From Nitrospirota bacterium (GTDB taxonomy: Bacteria; Nitrospirota; Thermodesulfovibrionia; Thermodesulfovibrionales; JdFR-86), in assembly GCA_037386965.1 (NCBI GenBank), contig JARRLN010000011.1:1-54664 (forward strand): DNA of 54,664 nt, read 5' to 3'. Shown here one piece after another: positions 8,974-17,864 of this stretch. The position numbers and the translations under genes were made by a program. Each line of letters starts with the position of its first letter. The stretch's first letter is position 1. The notes below the pieces were generated by a model. The model was not told the origin of the DNA and did not search any database. It worked only from the letters and a program-made list of their open reading frames with translations.

Positions 8974-10191
8974 TCAGAACTGCTTATGGTACTCGCGGGT
9001 CTTCTGCGCGAACCGGCGGCCGAAATCGTAGCAGGCCTTCACTTCGTCGGCCGAGGCCTTGTATTTCACCTCGAACCCGGGCTCCACGGTCTCGAGCTTC
9101 ATGTCCTTGAAGGCACCCAGCATCTCCTTGACCGCGCCGCCGCCCCAGCCGTAGCTGCCGAAAGCGCTGACGATGCGGTGCTTGGGCCGGAGGCCTTTCA
9201 GGTAGACGAGAAACTCTCCCACGTAGGGAAAGACGGTGTTGTTCAGGGTGGGCGAGCCCACCAGGGCGCCCCGGGCCCGCCAGAACTCCTTGACGGCCAC
9301 GCTGGTGGGCGAGGCCCTCAGCTTGAACACCCTGCAGTCCATGCCCTCGTCCCGGATGCCTTCCATCATGGGCTGGGCCATCTTCTCGGTGCTGTGCCAC
9401 ATGGTGTCGTAGACGATGACCACGCGCTCCTCGCTCTTGCCCCTGGCCATGTCCAGGTACATCTGGACGACCTTGCCGGGGTCCCGCCTCCAGATGATGC
9501 CGTGGTCGGGGGCTATCATGTCTATCTGAAGCCCCAGCTTCTCCAGCTCCGCCACCTTCCGCTCGATGAGGGAGCCGAAGGGCATGAGGATGTTGGCGTA
9601 GTAGTCCCAGACCGAGTCCTCCAGGGCGCCCATGGAGGAGCACTCCACGAACTCGTCGTCGAAGCGCTGCGAGGAGGCCAGGTGCTGCCCGAAGGCGTCC
9701 TGGCTGATGAGGAGCTTGTCCTCGCGCACGTAGGTCATCATGGAGTCGGGCCAGTGGAGCATGGGGGTCTCGATGAAAAGCAGGGTCTTCGCACCCGTCT
9801 TCAGCTCGTCCCCCGTTTTGACGATGTTGATGTTCCAGTGGGAGATGTCGAACATCTTCTCCAGGGCCTCCCGGGCCTTCTTGGTGCAGTATATCTGCGC
9901 CTCCGGGGCCAGCTCCACCACCTCCCAGAGGCCGCCCGCGTGGTCGGGCTCTATGTGGTTGACCACGATGTTTTTTATCCGGGACGGGTCGGTAATGGCC
10001 TGGATGTTCTGGATGGCGACGTCCACCATCTCGTGCCTGACGGCGTCCACCAGGGTGACGTCGCCGTCCATGATGAGGAAATTGTTGTAGGTGGACCCCC
10101 TGGGGGTCACGTAGCCGTGGAAGTCCCGTAAGGCCCAGTCGATGGCCCCCACCCAGTAGATGCCGGGCTTGATCTCGATGGTCTCGCTCAT
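8974..10191 (-). CDS. fprA: Flavodiiron protein (metallo-beta-lactamase + flavodoxin; O2/NO reductase family)
   Basis: GSTYNNF, NHIEPDHAG, PMLHWPDSM, SQDAFGQH, APDHG, YDTMWHST, FGSYGWGG. Confidence 0.95.
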   Translation of the reverse strand: MSETIEIKPGIYWVGAIDWALRDFHGYVTPRGSTYNNFLIMDGDVTLVDAVRHEMVDVAIQNIQAITDPSRIKNIVVNHIEPDHAGGLWEVVELAPEAQIYCTKKAREALEKMFDISHWNINIVKTGDELKTGAKTLLFIETPMLHWPDSMMTYVREDKLLISQDAFGQHLASSQRFDDEFVECSSMGALEDSVWDYYANILMPFGSLIERKVAELEKLGLQIDMIAPDHGIIWRRDPGKVVQMYLDMARGKSEERVVIVYDTMWHSTEKMAQPMMEGIRDEGMDCRVFKLRASPTSVAVKEFWRARGALVGSPTLNNTVFPYVGEFLVYLKGLRPKHRIVSAFGSYGWGGGAVKEMLGAFKDMKLETVEPGFEVKYKASADEVKACYDFGRRFAQKTREYHKQF

Positions 10192-10224
10192 GTATGCCCT
10201 CCGGTCGGGATGAAAAGGGGATTT

Positions 10225-10260
10225 GCGAACCAGTTCGCTTTATACCAGTTCGTCTTATAC
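10225..10260. promoter_or_regulatory. Candidate operator upstream of fprA
   Basis: Palindrome GCGAAC-CA-GTTCGC (10225-10238) overlapping a 15-bp tandem accagttcgctttat/accagttcgtcttat. Confidence 0.4.
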
Positions 10261-10422
10261 ATGACATTGAAGCCTGAAACGACGCTTACGCCAAGGCCGG
10301 TTGCGGCACTGCCATGTCGGCTGTTTCATGCGTGGAGCAATAGTACGACTATAATACATGGGCGCCGCCGATGCAAGGCAGGGGGGCCTGCACGCCGGCG
10401 AGGGAAAACGCTGCACCGGCCT

Positions 10423-10872
10423 CTACCAGCAGTTCCTCCGGTTTGCCCCCCAGCCCCGCTGCTCGCTGCTCCGGACGTCCACCAGGGTGCCTCCCCTGAA
10501 GGTCAGTATCTTGAGGAAATGCGTCTCTCCACAGTTATACACCCACTGGACCACCGGCTCCTTGCTCTTTTGGAAGGTCCCTCTTCCCTTGCCCTCCGGC
10601 GGAAGCGGGATGCCTCCCCGGGACTCCTCCCCGACGACCTCCTGGTAATCCGGCGGGCCGCAGACGAGATAGACCATGGACTTGGGGTCTCCCTCGGAGA
10701 ATATCTGGCCCTTGCAGATGAAAGCCGCATGGGCCGGGCCGGTAAGCGCAAGCCAGAGAAGAACGCCCGCAAGGAGAGCAAGACCCCGGGGAGCCGCTTT
10801 CGGCCGTCTCCCCTTGTCCTCCGCCGCCCGGCCCCCGCGTGGGGGCAGGGCATTCCGCAAGCGCATGGTCAT
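10423..10872 (-). CDS. DUF2845-like exported protein
   Basis: Hydrophobic signal ending AHA; EGDPKSMVYLVCGPP, QWVYNCG and LTFRGGTLVDV resemble DUF2845; start placed 6 nt after a TGT-TATCCT -10 box. Confidence 0.65.
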   Translation of the reverse strand: MTMRLRNALPPRGGRAAEDKGRRPKAAPRGLALLAGVLLWLALTGPAHAAFICKGQIFSEGDPKSMVYLVCGPPDYQEVVGEESRGGIPLPPEGKGRGTFQKSKEPVVQWVYNCGETHFLKILTFRGGTLVDVRSSEQRGWGANRRNCW

Positions 10873-10951
10873 GCGCACAGGATAACACGGCCGGGAAGCG
10901 AAGCAAAGGCAAAACCGCAGGGGACGCCACCTATCCGGCGCTTCCGGGGCG

Positions 10952-11884
10952 CTATGGGACTGCTCCGGCCTGCGTTGCGGGCCCTTCCGGGGGCCCCAGG
11001 GGAAGCTCGCTCAGGGCCACGGGGTTGGTGTTGACCGCGTTGACCTTGACCCCGTAGTGCAGATGGGGCCCCGTGGACCGGCCTGTGGAGCCCACCAGCC
11101 CGATGACCTGGCCCTTCCGTACGACGCTCCCCTTGGCGACCTTGAACGCCGAGAGATGCATGTAAATGGTGTATATGCCCTGCCCGTGGTCCAGCACCAC
11201 GGTGTTTCCGCCGAAGAAGAGCTCCCGGGCCAGCACCACGCGCCCGGCATTGGCCGCCAGCACGGGCTCTCCCCGGTGGCCCCGGATGTCCAGCCCCGTG
11301 TGGCGGCCTTTTTTGGTCCCGTTCATGAGACGCCGGGTGCCGAAAGCCGTGGAAAAGCTGTTATCAAGGGGCATGAGAAACCGTCCCTCCCAGAGCTTCC
11401 CGGAGACCCGCTGCCAGAGGGCCCGCAGAAGGGTCGCCTCCCGCTCCGCACGGGCCTCGTCCTTGGGGCTCAGGGTCACCTCTCCCCTCGGGAGCGTGAG
11501 TTTCTGAAGGGGAAAAGCTGCCTCCTCCACCACAAGGGGAAGCCTGAGGACCTCCCCGGCGGCCCGAACCTCGATGCTGACCGTTCCGGGAGGCGTCTGC
11601 AGGTCCACGGCCCCCACCGCCTCGAAGCAGCCGGGACCGCAGGGAGCAAAGGCCAGGTCTTCCTCTCCCACCCGTGCCTCGGGCGCATCGGGGTTTGTAT
11701 AGACCCTGAGGACGAAGGGGTCGCCGGGCTTGACCGAGGGCGGCAGGACCACCGCCTGCAGGGCAAGGGCTTGAGCGGGGAGCAAAAAGCCGAAAATAAT
11801 AACAAAAACAAAGGCCGCGTTCTTCACGGTGCTCAAGTATATCGCATCCCGCCCGGTGAGGGCAAACCGCGGCGGCAGGCCCAT
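10952..11884 (-). CDS. M23 family metallopeptidase
   Basis: HTGLD (HxxxD), LDHG, YMHLS, GSTGRSTGPHLHY; N-terminal TM/signal segment; start approximate. Confidence 0.9.
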   Translation of the reverse strand: MGLPPRFALTGRDAIYLSTVKNAAFVFVIIFGFLLPAQALALQAVVLPPSVKPGDPFVLRVYTNPDAPEARVGEEDLAFAPCGPGCFEAVGAVDLQTPPGTVSIEVRAAGEVLRLPLVVEEAAFPLQKLTLPRGEVTLSPKDEARAEREATLLRALWQRVSGKLWEGRFLMPLDNSFSTAFGTRRLMNGTKKGRHTGLDIRGHRGEPVLAANAGRVVLARELFFGGNTVVLDHGQGIYTIYMHLSAFKVAKGSVVRKGQVIGLVGSTGRSTGPHLHYGVKVNAVNTNPVALSELPLGPPEGPATQAGAVP

Positions 11885-11984
11885 AGCCCCCTTGGCGGGG
11901 CCGCCGGGGGCGGAGAAAGACCCCGTCAAAGAGGGGGTTTAGCCAGCCTAAATTTAGGACTAATAAATAATTTGAAAATTTCTC

Positions 11985-12014
11985 TTGACATCTGCCCCCC
12001 GACAGTGTTAGAAA
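11985..12014 (+). promoter_or_regulatory. Sigma-70 promoter with no downstream plus-strand CDS
   Basis: TTGACA (11985-11990), N18, TGt-TAGAAA; AT-rich upstream tract and palindrome CCTAAATTTAGG at 11947-11958. Confidence 0.55.
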
Positions 12015-12019
12015 AGATT

Positions 12020-12085
12020 AGCGCCTCGTTACCTCCCCTTGCTGCTGTCCACCACCCACGGGCAGCAGCAACCCCTTTCTAATCC
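12020..12085 (+). ncRNA. Candidate small RNA with C-rich anti-SD seed and 12-bp hairpin
   Basis: Follows the promoter; single-stranded ACCTCCCCT, then stem ttgctgctgtcc/gggcagcagcaa (one G:U) at 12039-12071, then a short T run. Confidence 0.45.
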
Positions 12086-12092
12086 ATACATA

Positions 12093-13259
12093 TTAGGCGG
12101 GGCGCCCGCCTTCTCCCTGGGAGGAAAGCTCCACGAGCTCGTAGCGGCGGCTTCCCAGGCCCAGCCTCTGGGCCTCCCGTACCTGAAGCTCATAGGGCTT
12201 CAGGTGCAGTCCCTCAAGCACGTCGGCCCCGGCGCGAAGGCCCCTGTCCTCGGCGGCCGACTGGGGCAGGGGCGCGGCTTTCCCCATGAGGTCCATGCTG
12301 GCCTGCTCCACCGCGACCAGGTCCTCGCCCATGAGGATTCCCTGCTCCTGCATGACCGGCACGTCGGCCCCCGGCATGCAGTCGCACTCCGGCTGTATCT
12401 CCGTGAGGAAGTTCAGGTAGAGGACCTTGCCGGGCGCGAAGGTGCTCAAGACCGCCCCGGCGGCCTCGGCCAGCGAGCGCATGAAGGTGCCCTCATCCGC
12501 CCCCTCCAGCACAACCGCCTCCCCGGGGCAGACCCGCGTGCACCGTCCGCACCGCCAGCAGCGCTCGTCCTCGTAGCGGAAGACCTTCCCATCTTGGGCG
12601 AACTCGATGCACTCCATGGGACAGACCTCCTCGCACTGGTAGCAGAGCTCGCATTTCCCCTGATCCCAGGTGAGCTTGCCGGCCCCTATGGCGTGCATGG
12701 AGCCCCTGCCGCACTTCCACCCGCAGGTGCGGTGGGCGGAGCTGACCCCGCCCATGGCCAGGTTCTTGATGGCCCCTGCGTACCCGGCGTTGATGTGCCC
12801 CTTTATGTGGGAGACCACCACCATGGCCGGCACGTCGTGGATGACGGAGGCCACGGCTATCTCGCCCAGTATCTCCCCGGCCTTGATGATGATGTTATCG
12901 CTGCCGTACAGGCCGTCGGCCAGGATGACGGGGGCGCCCACGGAGAGGTGGTTTATCCCGTTTTGGTTTGCGACCTCGAGGTAATCGAGCCCCTTGATGC
13001 GCACCGTGTCGGTCACGAAGGGCCTCGCACCGGCGCCCTTCAGGGCCTCCACCACCTTGCGCAGAAAGACCGGGCGCACCACCCGGTGAGCCCCGTGGGA
13101 GCCGAAGTGGGTCTTCACGGCAACCCATTCATCCGGCGCGAAGCGCCCGGCGAGGCCCGCTTCGCCCAGGAGCCTCTCGAGCTTCCCCGGCAGGCTATCC
13201 CCGTGGGTCCATTTGTACAGGCGGGCCGAAGCGAAGTAGACGCGGGAGACAGCGCTCAT
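12093..13259 (-). CDS. DUF362-family iron-sulfur protein with 2x[4Fe-4S] ferredoxin insert
   Basis: VAVKTHFG, SHIKGH, GAIKNLAMG, CELCYQCEEVCP, CWRCGRCTRVCP, PECDC. Confidence 0.85.
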   Translation of the reverse strand: MSAVSRVYFASARLYKWTHGDSLPGKLERLLGEAGLAGRFAPDEWVAVKTHFGSHGAHRVVRPVFLRKVVEALKGAGARPFVTDTVRIKGLDYLEVANQNGINHLSVGAPVILADGLYGSDNIIIKAGEILGEIAVASVIHDVPAMVVVSHIKGHINAGYAGAIKNLAMGGVSSAHRTCGWKCGRGSMHAIGAGKLTWDQGKCELCYQCEEVCPMECIEFAQDGKVFRYEDERCWRCGRCTRVCPGEAVVLEGADEGTFMRSLAEAAGAVLSTFAPGKVLYLNFLTEIQPECDCMPGADVPVMQEQGILMGEDLVAVEQASMDLMGKAAPLPQSAAEDRGLRAGADVLEGLHLKPYELQVREAQRLGLGSRRYELVELSSQGEGGRPA

Positions 13260-13510
13260 CTGGCCCCCGCCAGCCTGTTATAAATCCAGGCCAGCACGGC
13301 CCCGCCGGCCAGCCCGTCCACAAACCCGTACAGCAGCCCCAGAAGGCTGCCCGCGGGAGATATGGCGTACCCGGGGTAGATGGACCCGGCCATCACCGCG
13401 AGGAACTCCCGGGCGTAGCCCGTCCTGGCCGAAACAAGGGTGGTGACCAGGAGAGAGACGCCCCACACCAGCCCGAGGGCCACTCCCAGAGCCAGCGGCC
13501 TTATTTTCAT
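13256..13510 (-). CDS. Small membrane protein (family often labelled bacteriophage holin-like)
   Basis: 84 aa, hydrophobic, IYPGYAIS..GLLYGFVDG..LAWIYN pattern; SD GGAGG. Confidence 0.7.
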   Translation of the reverse strand: MKIRPLALGVALGLVWGVSLLVTTLVSARTGYAREFLAVMAGSIYPGYAISPAGSLLGLLYGFVDGLAGGAVLAWIYNRLAGAR

Positions 13511-13848
13511 CGCCTTTTCCTCCGTGCAATAATGTAGAGGGCAGCCAGCAGGGCTCCCCCGACGTTTGCCATCTCGTCCTCCCATGAGAAGGTGCGCGTC
13601 CGCGTGAACGACTGGGCCACCTCCATGAGCAAACCATACACCGAGGCGGAAACGACCGCCAGAGAGAGGGCATGCCGCCTGAGGGCCTCGCGCGAGAGCC
13701 CCCCGAGGACGCTGAAGAGCAGAAGACAGGTGATGCCGTACAGGACGGCATGGAGCAGGAGGTCGGAGTGGGGAACAAGCCCCCGCTGGCTGAAGGGATA
13801 GAGCGAGAAGAAAAGGAGCACGGCAAGCCAGAGGAGAAGTGTCCTCAT
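13507..13848 (-). CDS. VanZ-like membrane protein
   Basis: DLLLHAVLYG, YGLLMEVAQSF..RTFSWEDEMAN. Confidence 0.85.
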   Translation of the reverse strand: MRTLLLWLAVLLFFSLYPFSQRGLVPHSDLLLHAVLYGITCLLLFSVLGGLSREALRRHALSLAVVSASVYGLLMEVAQSFTRTRTFSWEDEMANVGGALLAALYIIARRKRR

Positions 13849-14687
13849 GTCTCCGGGCTCCCCAGGCTCCTCTGGTACAGCTCCCGCCGGCTCAGGCCGT
13901 ATTGCCCCGCCACGGTCCGGACCGCCTCCTTCCTGCCCATGCCGCGCTTCATCAAGGCCGCCACCTCCTCCAGGGCCTCCCCGAGCGTGCGCCCCGCCTC
14001 CGGGGGCTTGCCCTCCAGGACGATGACATACTCCCCCGCTATCACGGAACCTTCCCTCTGCATCATGTCCAGGACCCCGGAGAGCGTGCCCCGGAGCGCC
14101 TCCTCGTGCACCTTCGTCAGCTCGCGGATGACCGCCGCCCTGCGCCCGCCCCCCAGAATCTCCTCCATGTCAACGAGGGTGTCCACCACCCGGTGGGGAG
14201 ACTCGTAAAAGACCATGGTCCTGGGCTCGAGGGCCCGCTCCCTCAGAAACCTCTGCCTCTCACCCTTCTTGGAGGGAGAGAACCCGAAGAACGTAAACTC
14301 CTCGGTGGGAAGCCCCGAGATGCCCAGGGCGGCCACCAGGGCGGAGGGACCGGGGATGGCGACCACGCTTACTCCTTCCTCCAGGGCCCGCCTGATGAGC
14401 ACCGCCCCCGGGTCGGAGATGCCCGGGGTGCCCGCATCGGAGACCAGCGCCACGGATTCGCCCCGAAGAAGGCGGGCCATGACGGCCTCCGCCTTTACCT
14501 TCTCCTTCTCTCCCCAGTAACTTACCATGGGCCGGGATATGCCGAAATGACTGAGGAGCTTGGCCGTGTGCCGGGTGTCCTCGGCGGCCACGAGGTCCAC
14601 CTCCTTGAGGACCCTCAGCGCCCTCAGGGTGATGTCCTCGAGGTTGCCGATGGGCGTGGCGACGATGAAGAGGGCGCCCTTTCTCAG
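13845..14687 (-). CDS. rsmI: 16S rRNA C1402 2'-O-methyltransferase; CTG start proposed at 14687
   Basis: Conserved N-terminus GALFIVATPIGNLEDITLRA lies upstream of the annotated GTG at 14600; AEDTRH, LVSDAGTPGISDPG, IPGPSA, YESPHR, RELTKVHEE. Confidence 0.93.
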   Translation of the reverse strand: MRKGALFIVATPIGNLEDITLRALRVLKEVDLVAAEDTRHTAKLLSHFGISRPMVSYWGEKEKVKAEAVMARLLRGESVALVSDAGTPGISDPGAVLIRRALEEGVSVVAIPGPSALVAALGISGLPTEEFTFFGFSPSKKGERQRFLRERALEPRTMVFYESPHRVVDTLVDMEEILGGGRRAAVIRELTKVHEEALRGTLSGVLDMMQREGSVIAGEYVIVLEGKPPEAGRTLGEALEEVAALMKRGMGRKEAVRTVAGQYGLSRRELYQRSLGSPET

Positions 14688-15151
14688 AGGGATTCCTTGA
14701 ACTCCTTGAGCCAGACGATGTGGCTCATCTCTTCCTCGATGATGTCCTCCACCACGTCCTTCTCCCTGACCCCCTGCCTGAGGCCCACGAAGAAAAGCAG
14801 GGTCTCCTTCTCGAAGCCCAGGGCGAAGTCGGCCGCCTCGGCCACCGTGCCCACCCGGTCCATGGAGGGCAGGGCCTTCTTGTCGCCCAGGAAAAACTCG
14901 CTCTCCACCATGGCCCTGAAGTAGGGCTGCGCCTCCTCCCAGCCCTCCAGGGCCGGGGCATCTTTTATCTTGCCCAGGAGGTCCGTGAAGACCTGCTCGT
15001 GGTGGTGCTCCTTTTTGGCCAGGGTCGTAAACAGGTCCTTGAGGCCCTTGTGGTCGGGAAACCTTCCCGCCATCTCCTCATAGAACGCGTACCCGAGCCT
15101 CTCGGTCTGGATGGCCATCTCAACTACCTCGCGTACGGAGAAAGAAGCCAT
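14684..15151 (-). CDS. Ferritin/rubrerythrin-like diiron protein
   Basis: E..E..Y, LAKKEHHHE, GFEKETLLFF, IIEEEMSH: two ExxH motifs. Confidence 0.85.
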   Translation of the reverse strand: MASFSVREVVEMAIQTERLGYAFYEEMAGRFPDHKGLKDLFTTLAKKEHHHEQVFTDLLGKIKDAPALEGWEEAQPYFRAMVESEFFLGDKKALPSMDRVGTVAEAADFALGFEKETLLFFVGLRQGVREKDVVEDIIEEEMSHIVWLKEFKESL

Positions 15152-15178
15152 GTGGGAAACCTCCTCATGAATGATTGT

Positions 15179-15445
15179 CTATTTCTCTTCGGAGCCCTGG
15201 AGCACCTTTCGCAGCTCCTTGTCCACACGGAGAATCTCCCCGGGGTCGTCCCCCTTGAGCTCCCACGTGTAGTCCCCGCTTCCCAGGCGCTTGAGCTTTA
15301 TCTTCACGGGCTTCTTCGGGCGAACCTGCTTGACCTCCGGGTCCGTCCGGAAACGAAATCCGCCGTCATCCTGGGCAAAAGAGGGGGAAACAGCCGCAGC
15401 CAGGACAAAAACCAGAAGTGCGATGCTCCTTGCGAACGTCCCCAT
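15179..15445 (-). CDS. Hypothetical exported protein
   Basis: Signal peptide ending SFA; KIKLKR..YTWELKGDD..ILRVDKELR. Confidence 0.7.
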   Translation of the reverse strand: MGTFARSIALLVFVLAAAVSPSFAQDDGGFRFRTDPEVKQVRPKKPVKIKLKRLGSGDYTWELKGDDPGEILRVDKELRKVLQGSEEK

Positions 15446-15593
15446 CAGCGTGCCGGTAGTATATCAAGAACCAGTCCCCCGGGACTAGGGGCACCAGTGC
15501 CCTTTCTCACCCATCAAACCCAGCCGTCCCTTGAGTAAGTCGCTCCAGGGTCTTATCGGACAGGCCGCGGCCTGCTCATGGACCTGGGAGGCC

Positions 15594-15995
15594 TCACAGG
15601 TTAAGCCGGGACAGGGCCCGGGCCGGTGAGAGCACCTCCACGCCCTGGACTCTTTCCATCGCCCCGAGGTGCTCGTCGCTGGTGACGATGCAGACGGCCT
15701 CGAGGGCCAGGGCGCAGGCTACGAACTTGTCGTCCTCGGGGTCCTCGGGCACCCAGTGCCCCTCGGGGGGATGCACCGCGCAGAGGGTGTGCGGGCTTGT
15801 CTCGAGGGCCTCCCTCAGGCGACGAAGCTCTCCCTCGCGAAAGGCGAAGCGGCGCAGGATGGCCTCGTATTCGCCCAGGATGGGGCGGGACACACAGAGT
15901 GTCAGGCGTCCCGAGGCCCATGCCTCTATGAGCCGCTTCGAGGCGCCGGGGAAGAGGGAGGCCACCATGATGTTGGTATCGATGACTACCCGCAC
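15594..15995 (-). CDS. PIN-domain protein (PIN_3-like putative toxin)
   Basis: VVIDTNIMVA, EY, DPEDDKFVACA, IVTSDEHL. Confidence 0.85.
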   Translation of the reverse strand: MRVVIDTNIMVASLFPGASKRLIEAWASGRLTLCVSRPILGEYEAILRRFAFREGELRRLREALETSPHTLCAVHPPEGHWVPEDPEDDKFVACALALEAVCIVTSDEHLGAMERVQGVEVLSPARALSRLNL

Positions 15996-16093
15996 GGACC
16001 GCAAGGGAAGGCAGGGCAACGGCACTCTGGCCCGGGACGGACTGGCAGGGGGTTGCCGGGGCTTTTCGGGGGAGCCCGCATCGCCACGGGGCC

Positions 16094-17818
16094 TCAGTAG
16101 CTCTTGTACTTGTTGGTGATGGGGACCCGCCAGTCCTTACCGAAGGCCCGGGGGGTGATTTTGATGCCCGGGGGTGACTGCCGGCGCTTGTACTCGCTGC
16201 GGTCCACCATGGTTATGACCTTCTTGACGCACTCCGGCTCACAGGAGCCGAATGTCACTATTTCCTCCACGCTCCGTTCCTCCTCCACGTAAGCCTGGAG
16301 GATGGGGTCCAGGACGTCGTAGGCCGGAAGGACGTCGGTGTCCCTCTGGTCGGGCTTCAGCTCCGCGCTGGGCGGCCTCTCAAGGATGCGCCTGGGGATG
16401 ACCTCGCCCATGCGGTTTCTCCAGTGCGCCAGGTCGTACACCAGGGTCTTGGGGACGTCCTTGACGACGGCGAACCCGCCCGCCATGTCCCCGTAGAGCG
16501 TGGCGTAGCCCACACTCATCTCCGACTTGTTCCCCGTGGTGAGGACTATCCAGCCCGTCTTGTTCGAGAAGGCCATGAGGAGGTTGCCCCGGATGCGGGC
16601 CTGGATGTTCTCCTCGGTGGTGTTGCCCGGATATCCGCGGAAGGGCTCCTCCAGCTCCTTGAGATAGGCCGAGAAGATGGCGTCTATGGGTATCTCCGTC
16701 AGGGCCACGCCCAGGTTGGCGACCAGGGCGTATGCGTCCTCCCTGCTCTCGGTCGAGGTGTAGCGGGAGGGCATGAAGAGGCAGTGGACGTTCTCCCTGC
16801 CCAGGGCGTCTGCCGCAAGGGCGGCCACCAGGGCGGAGTCCACCCCGCCGCTCAGGCCGATGATGCCCCCCTCGAAGCCGTTCTTATGGACGTAGTCCCT
16901 GAGGCCCGTGATGAGGGCGCTGTGGACCTCCTCCAGGGGCTCCATGAGGGGGGCCACCGTCTGAAGGATTTCCTTCCGCCCGCCGCCTACGCCTTCGGGC
17001 GCCTTTATCCGTATCCTGTCTTCCGGGCGAAGCCCCCGCACCTGCTGGCGCCTGCGGGGGTCGTGCAGCCTGTGCATGAAGACCGCCTCGATGTCCAGGT
17101 CGGCCACCACCAGGTCCTCTTCGAACTGCCGCCCCCGGGCGATGACGTCGCCCCGCTCGTTCATGATGCAGCTTCCCCCATCAAAAACGATCTCGTCCTG
17201 CCCGCCCACCATGTTGACGTAGGCCACGATGGCCGCGCTGTCGGTGGCCCTGGTGGCCAGCATCTTGTCCCTGAACTCCATCTTCCTGGTGGTGTAGGGG
17301 GAGGAATTGATGTTGATGACGACCTCCGCCCCCGCCAGGGCCTGAAGCCGCGCGGGGCCCTCGGGGTACCAGATGTCCTCGCAGATGTTCACCCCGATGA
17401 GCACGCCGCCCACCTCGTAGACGGGGCTCCGGGTGCCGGCCTGGAAGTAGCGCATCTCGTCGAACACGCCGTAGTTGGGAAGGTAGATTTTGTGATAGAC
17501 GTCCAGCACCCGCCCCCCCGAGATGATGGCGGCGGCATTATAAATGTCCTCCCGGCGGTCCACGAACCCCACCACGGCGGCAATACCCTGCACCGAGCCG
17601 CTGAGCTCGCCGAGGACCTGCACGTTGCGCTCGATGAAAAGGGGCTTGAGCAGAAGGTCCTCGGGGGGATAACCCGTGAGGGCCATCTCGGGGAACGCCA
17701 CCAGGTCGGCCCCCAGGTCCCTGGCGCGGGCGGCGTAGGAGAGTATCTTCTGCGCGTTTCCCTCCAGGTCGCCCACCACCGCGTTTATCTGCGCAAGGGC
17801 CAGCCTCAGGGTTTTCAT
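16094..17818 (-). CDS. nadE: Glutamine-dependent NAD+ synthetase
   Basis: Nitrilase domain (FPEM, KIYLPNYGVFDE, ICEDIW); GLSGGVDS, ENIQARIRG, TGNKSEMSVGYATLYGD, PSAELKPDQ. Confidence 0.97.
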   Translation of the reverse strand: MKTLRLALAQINAVVGDLEGNAQKILSYAARARDLGADLVAFPEMALTGYPPEDLLLKPLFIERNVQVLGELSGSVQGIAAVVGFVDRREDIYNAAAIISGGRVLDVYHKIYLPNYGVFDEMRYFQAGTRSPVYEVGGVLIGVNICEDIWYPEGPARLQALAGAEVVININSSPYTTRKMEFRDKMLATRATDSAAIVAYVNMVGGQDEIVFDGGSCIMNERGDVIARGRQFEEDLVVADLDIEAVFMHRLHDPRRRQQVRGLRPEDRIRIKAPEGVGGGRKEILQTVAPLMEPLEEVHSALITGLRDYVHKNGFEGGIIGLSGGVDSALVAALAADALGRENVHCLFMPSRYTSTESREDAYALVANLGVALTEIPIDAIFSAYLKELEEPFRGYPGNTTEENIQARIRGNLLMAFSNKTGWIVLTTGNKSEMSVGYATLYGDMAGGFAVVKDVPKTLVYDLAHWRNRMGEVIPRRILERPPSAELKPDQRDTDVLPAYDVLDPILQAYVEEERSVEEIVTFGSCEPECVKKVITMVDRSEYKRRQSPPGIKITPRAFGKDWRVPITNKYKSY

Positions 17819-17864
17819 GGCTCATATAATAAAGCACCCCCTGGGGGAAGTAAAGCGCAGAGGG

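Noticed and set aside
10952-13510. Holin-like gene plus M23 peptidase as a prophage lysis cassette
   Set aside because: Not adjacent; no phage genes; host-like GC; the small protein sits in a housekeeping operon.
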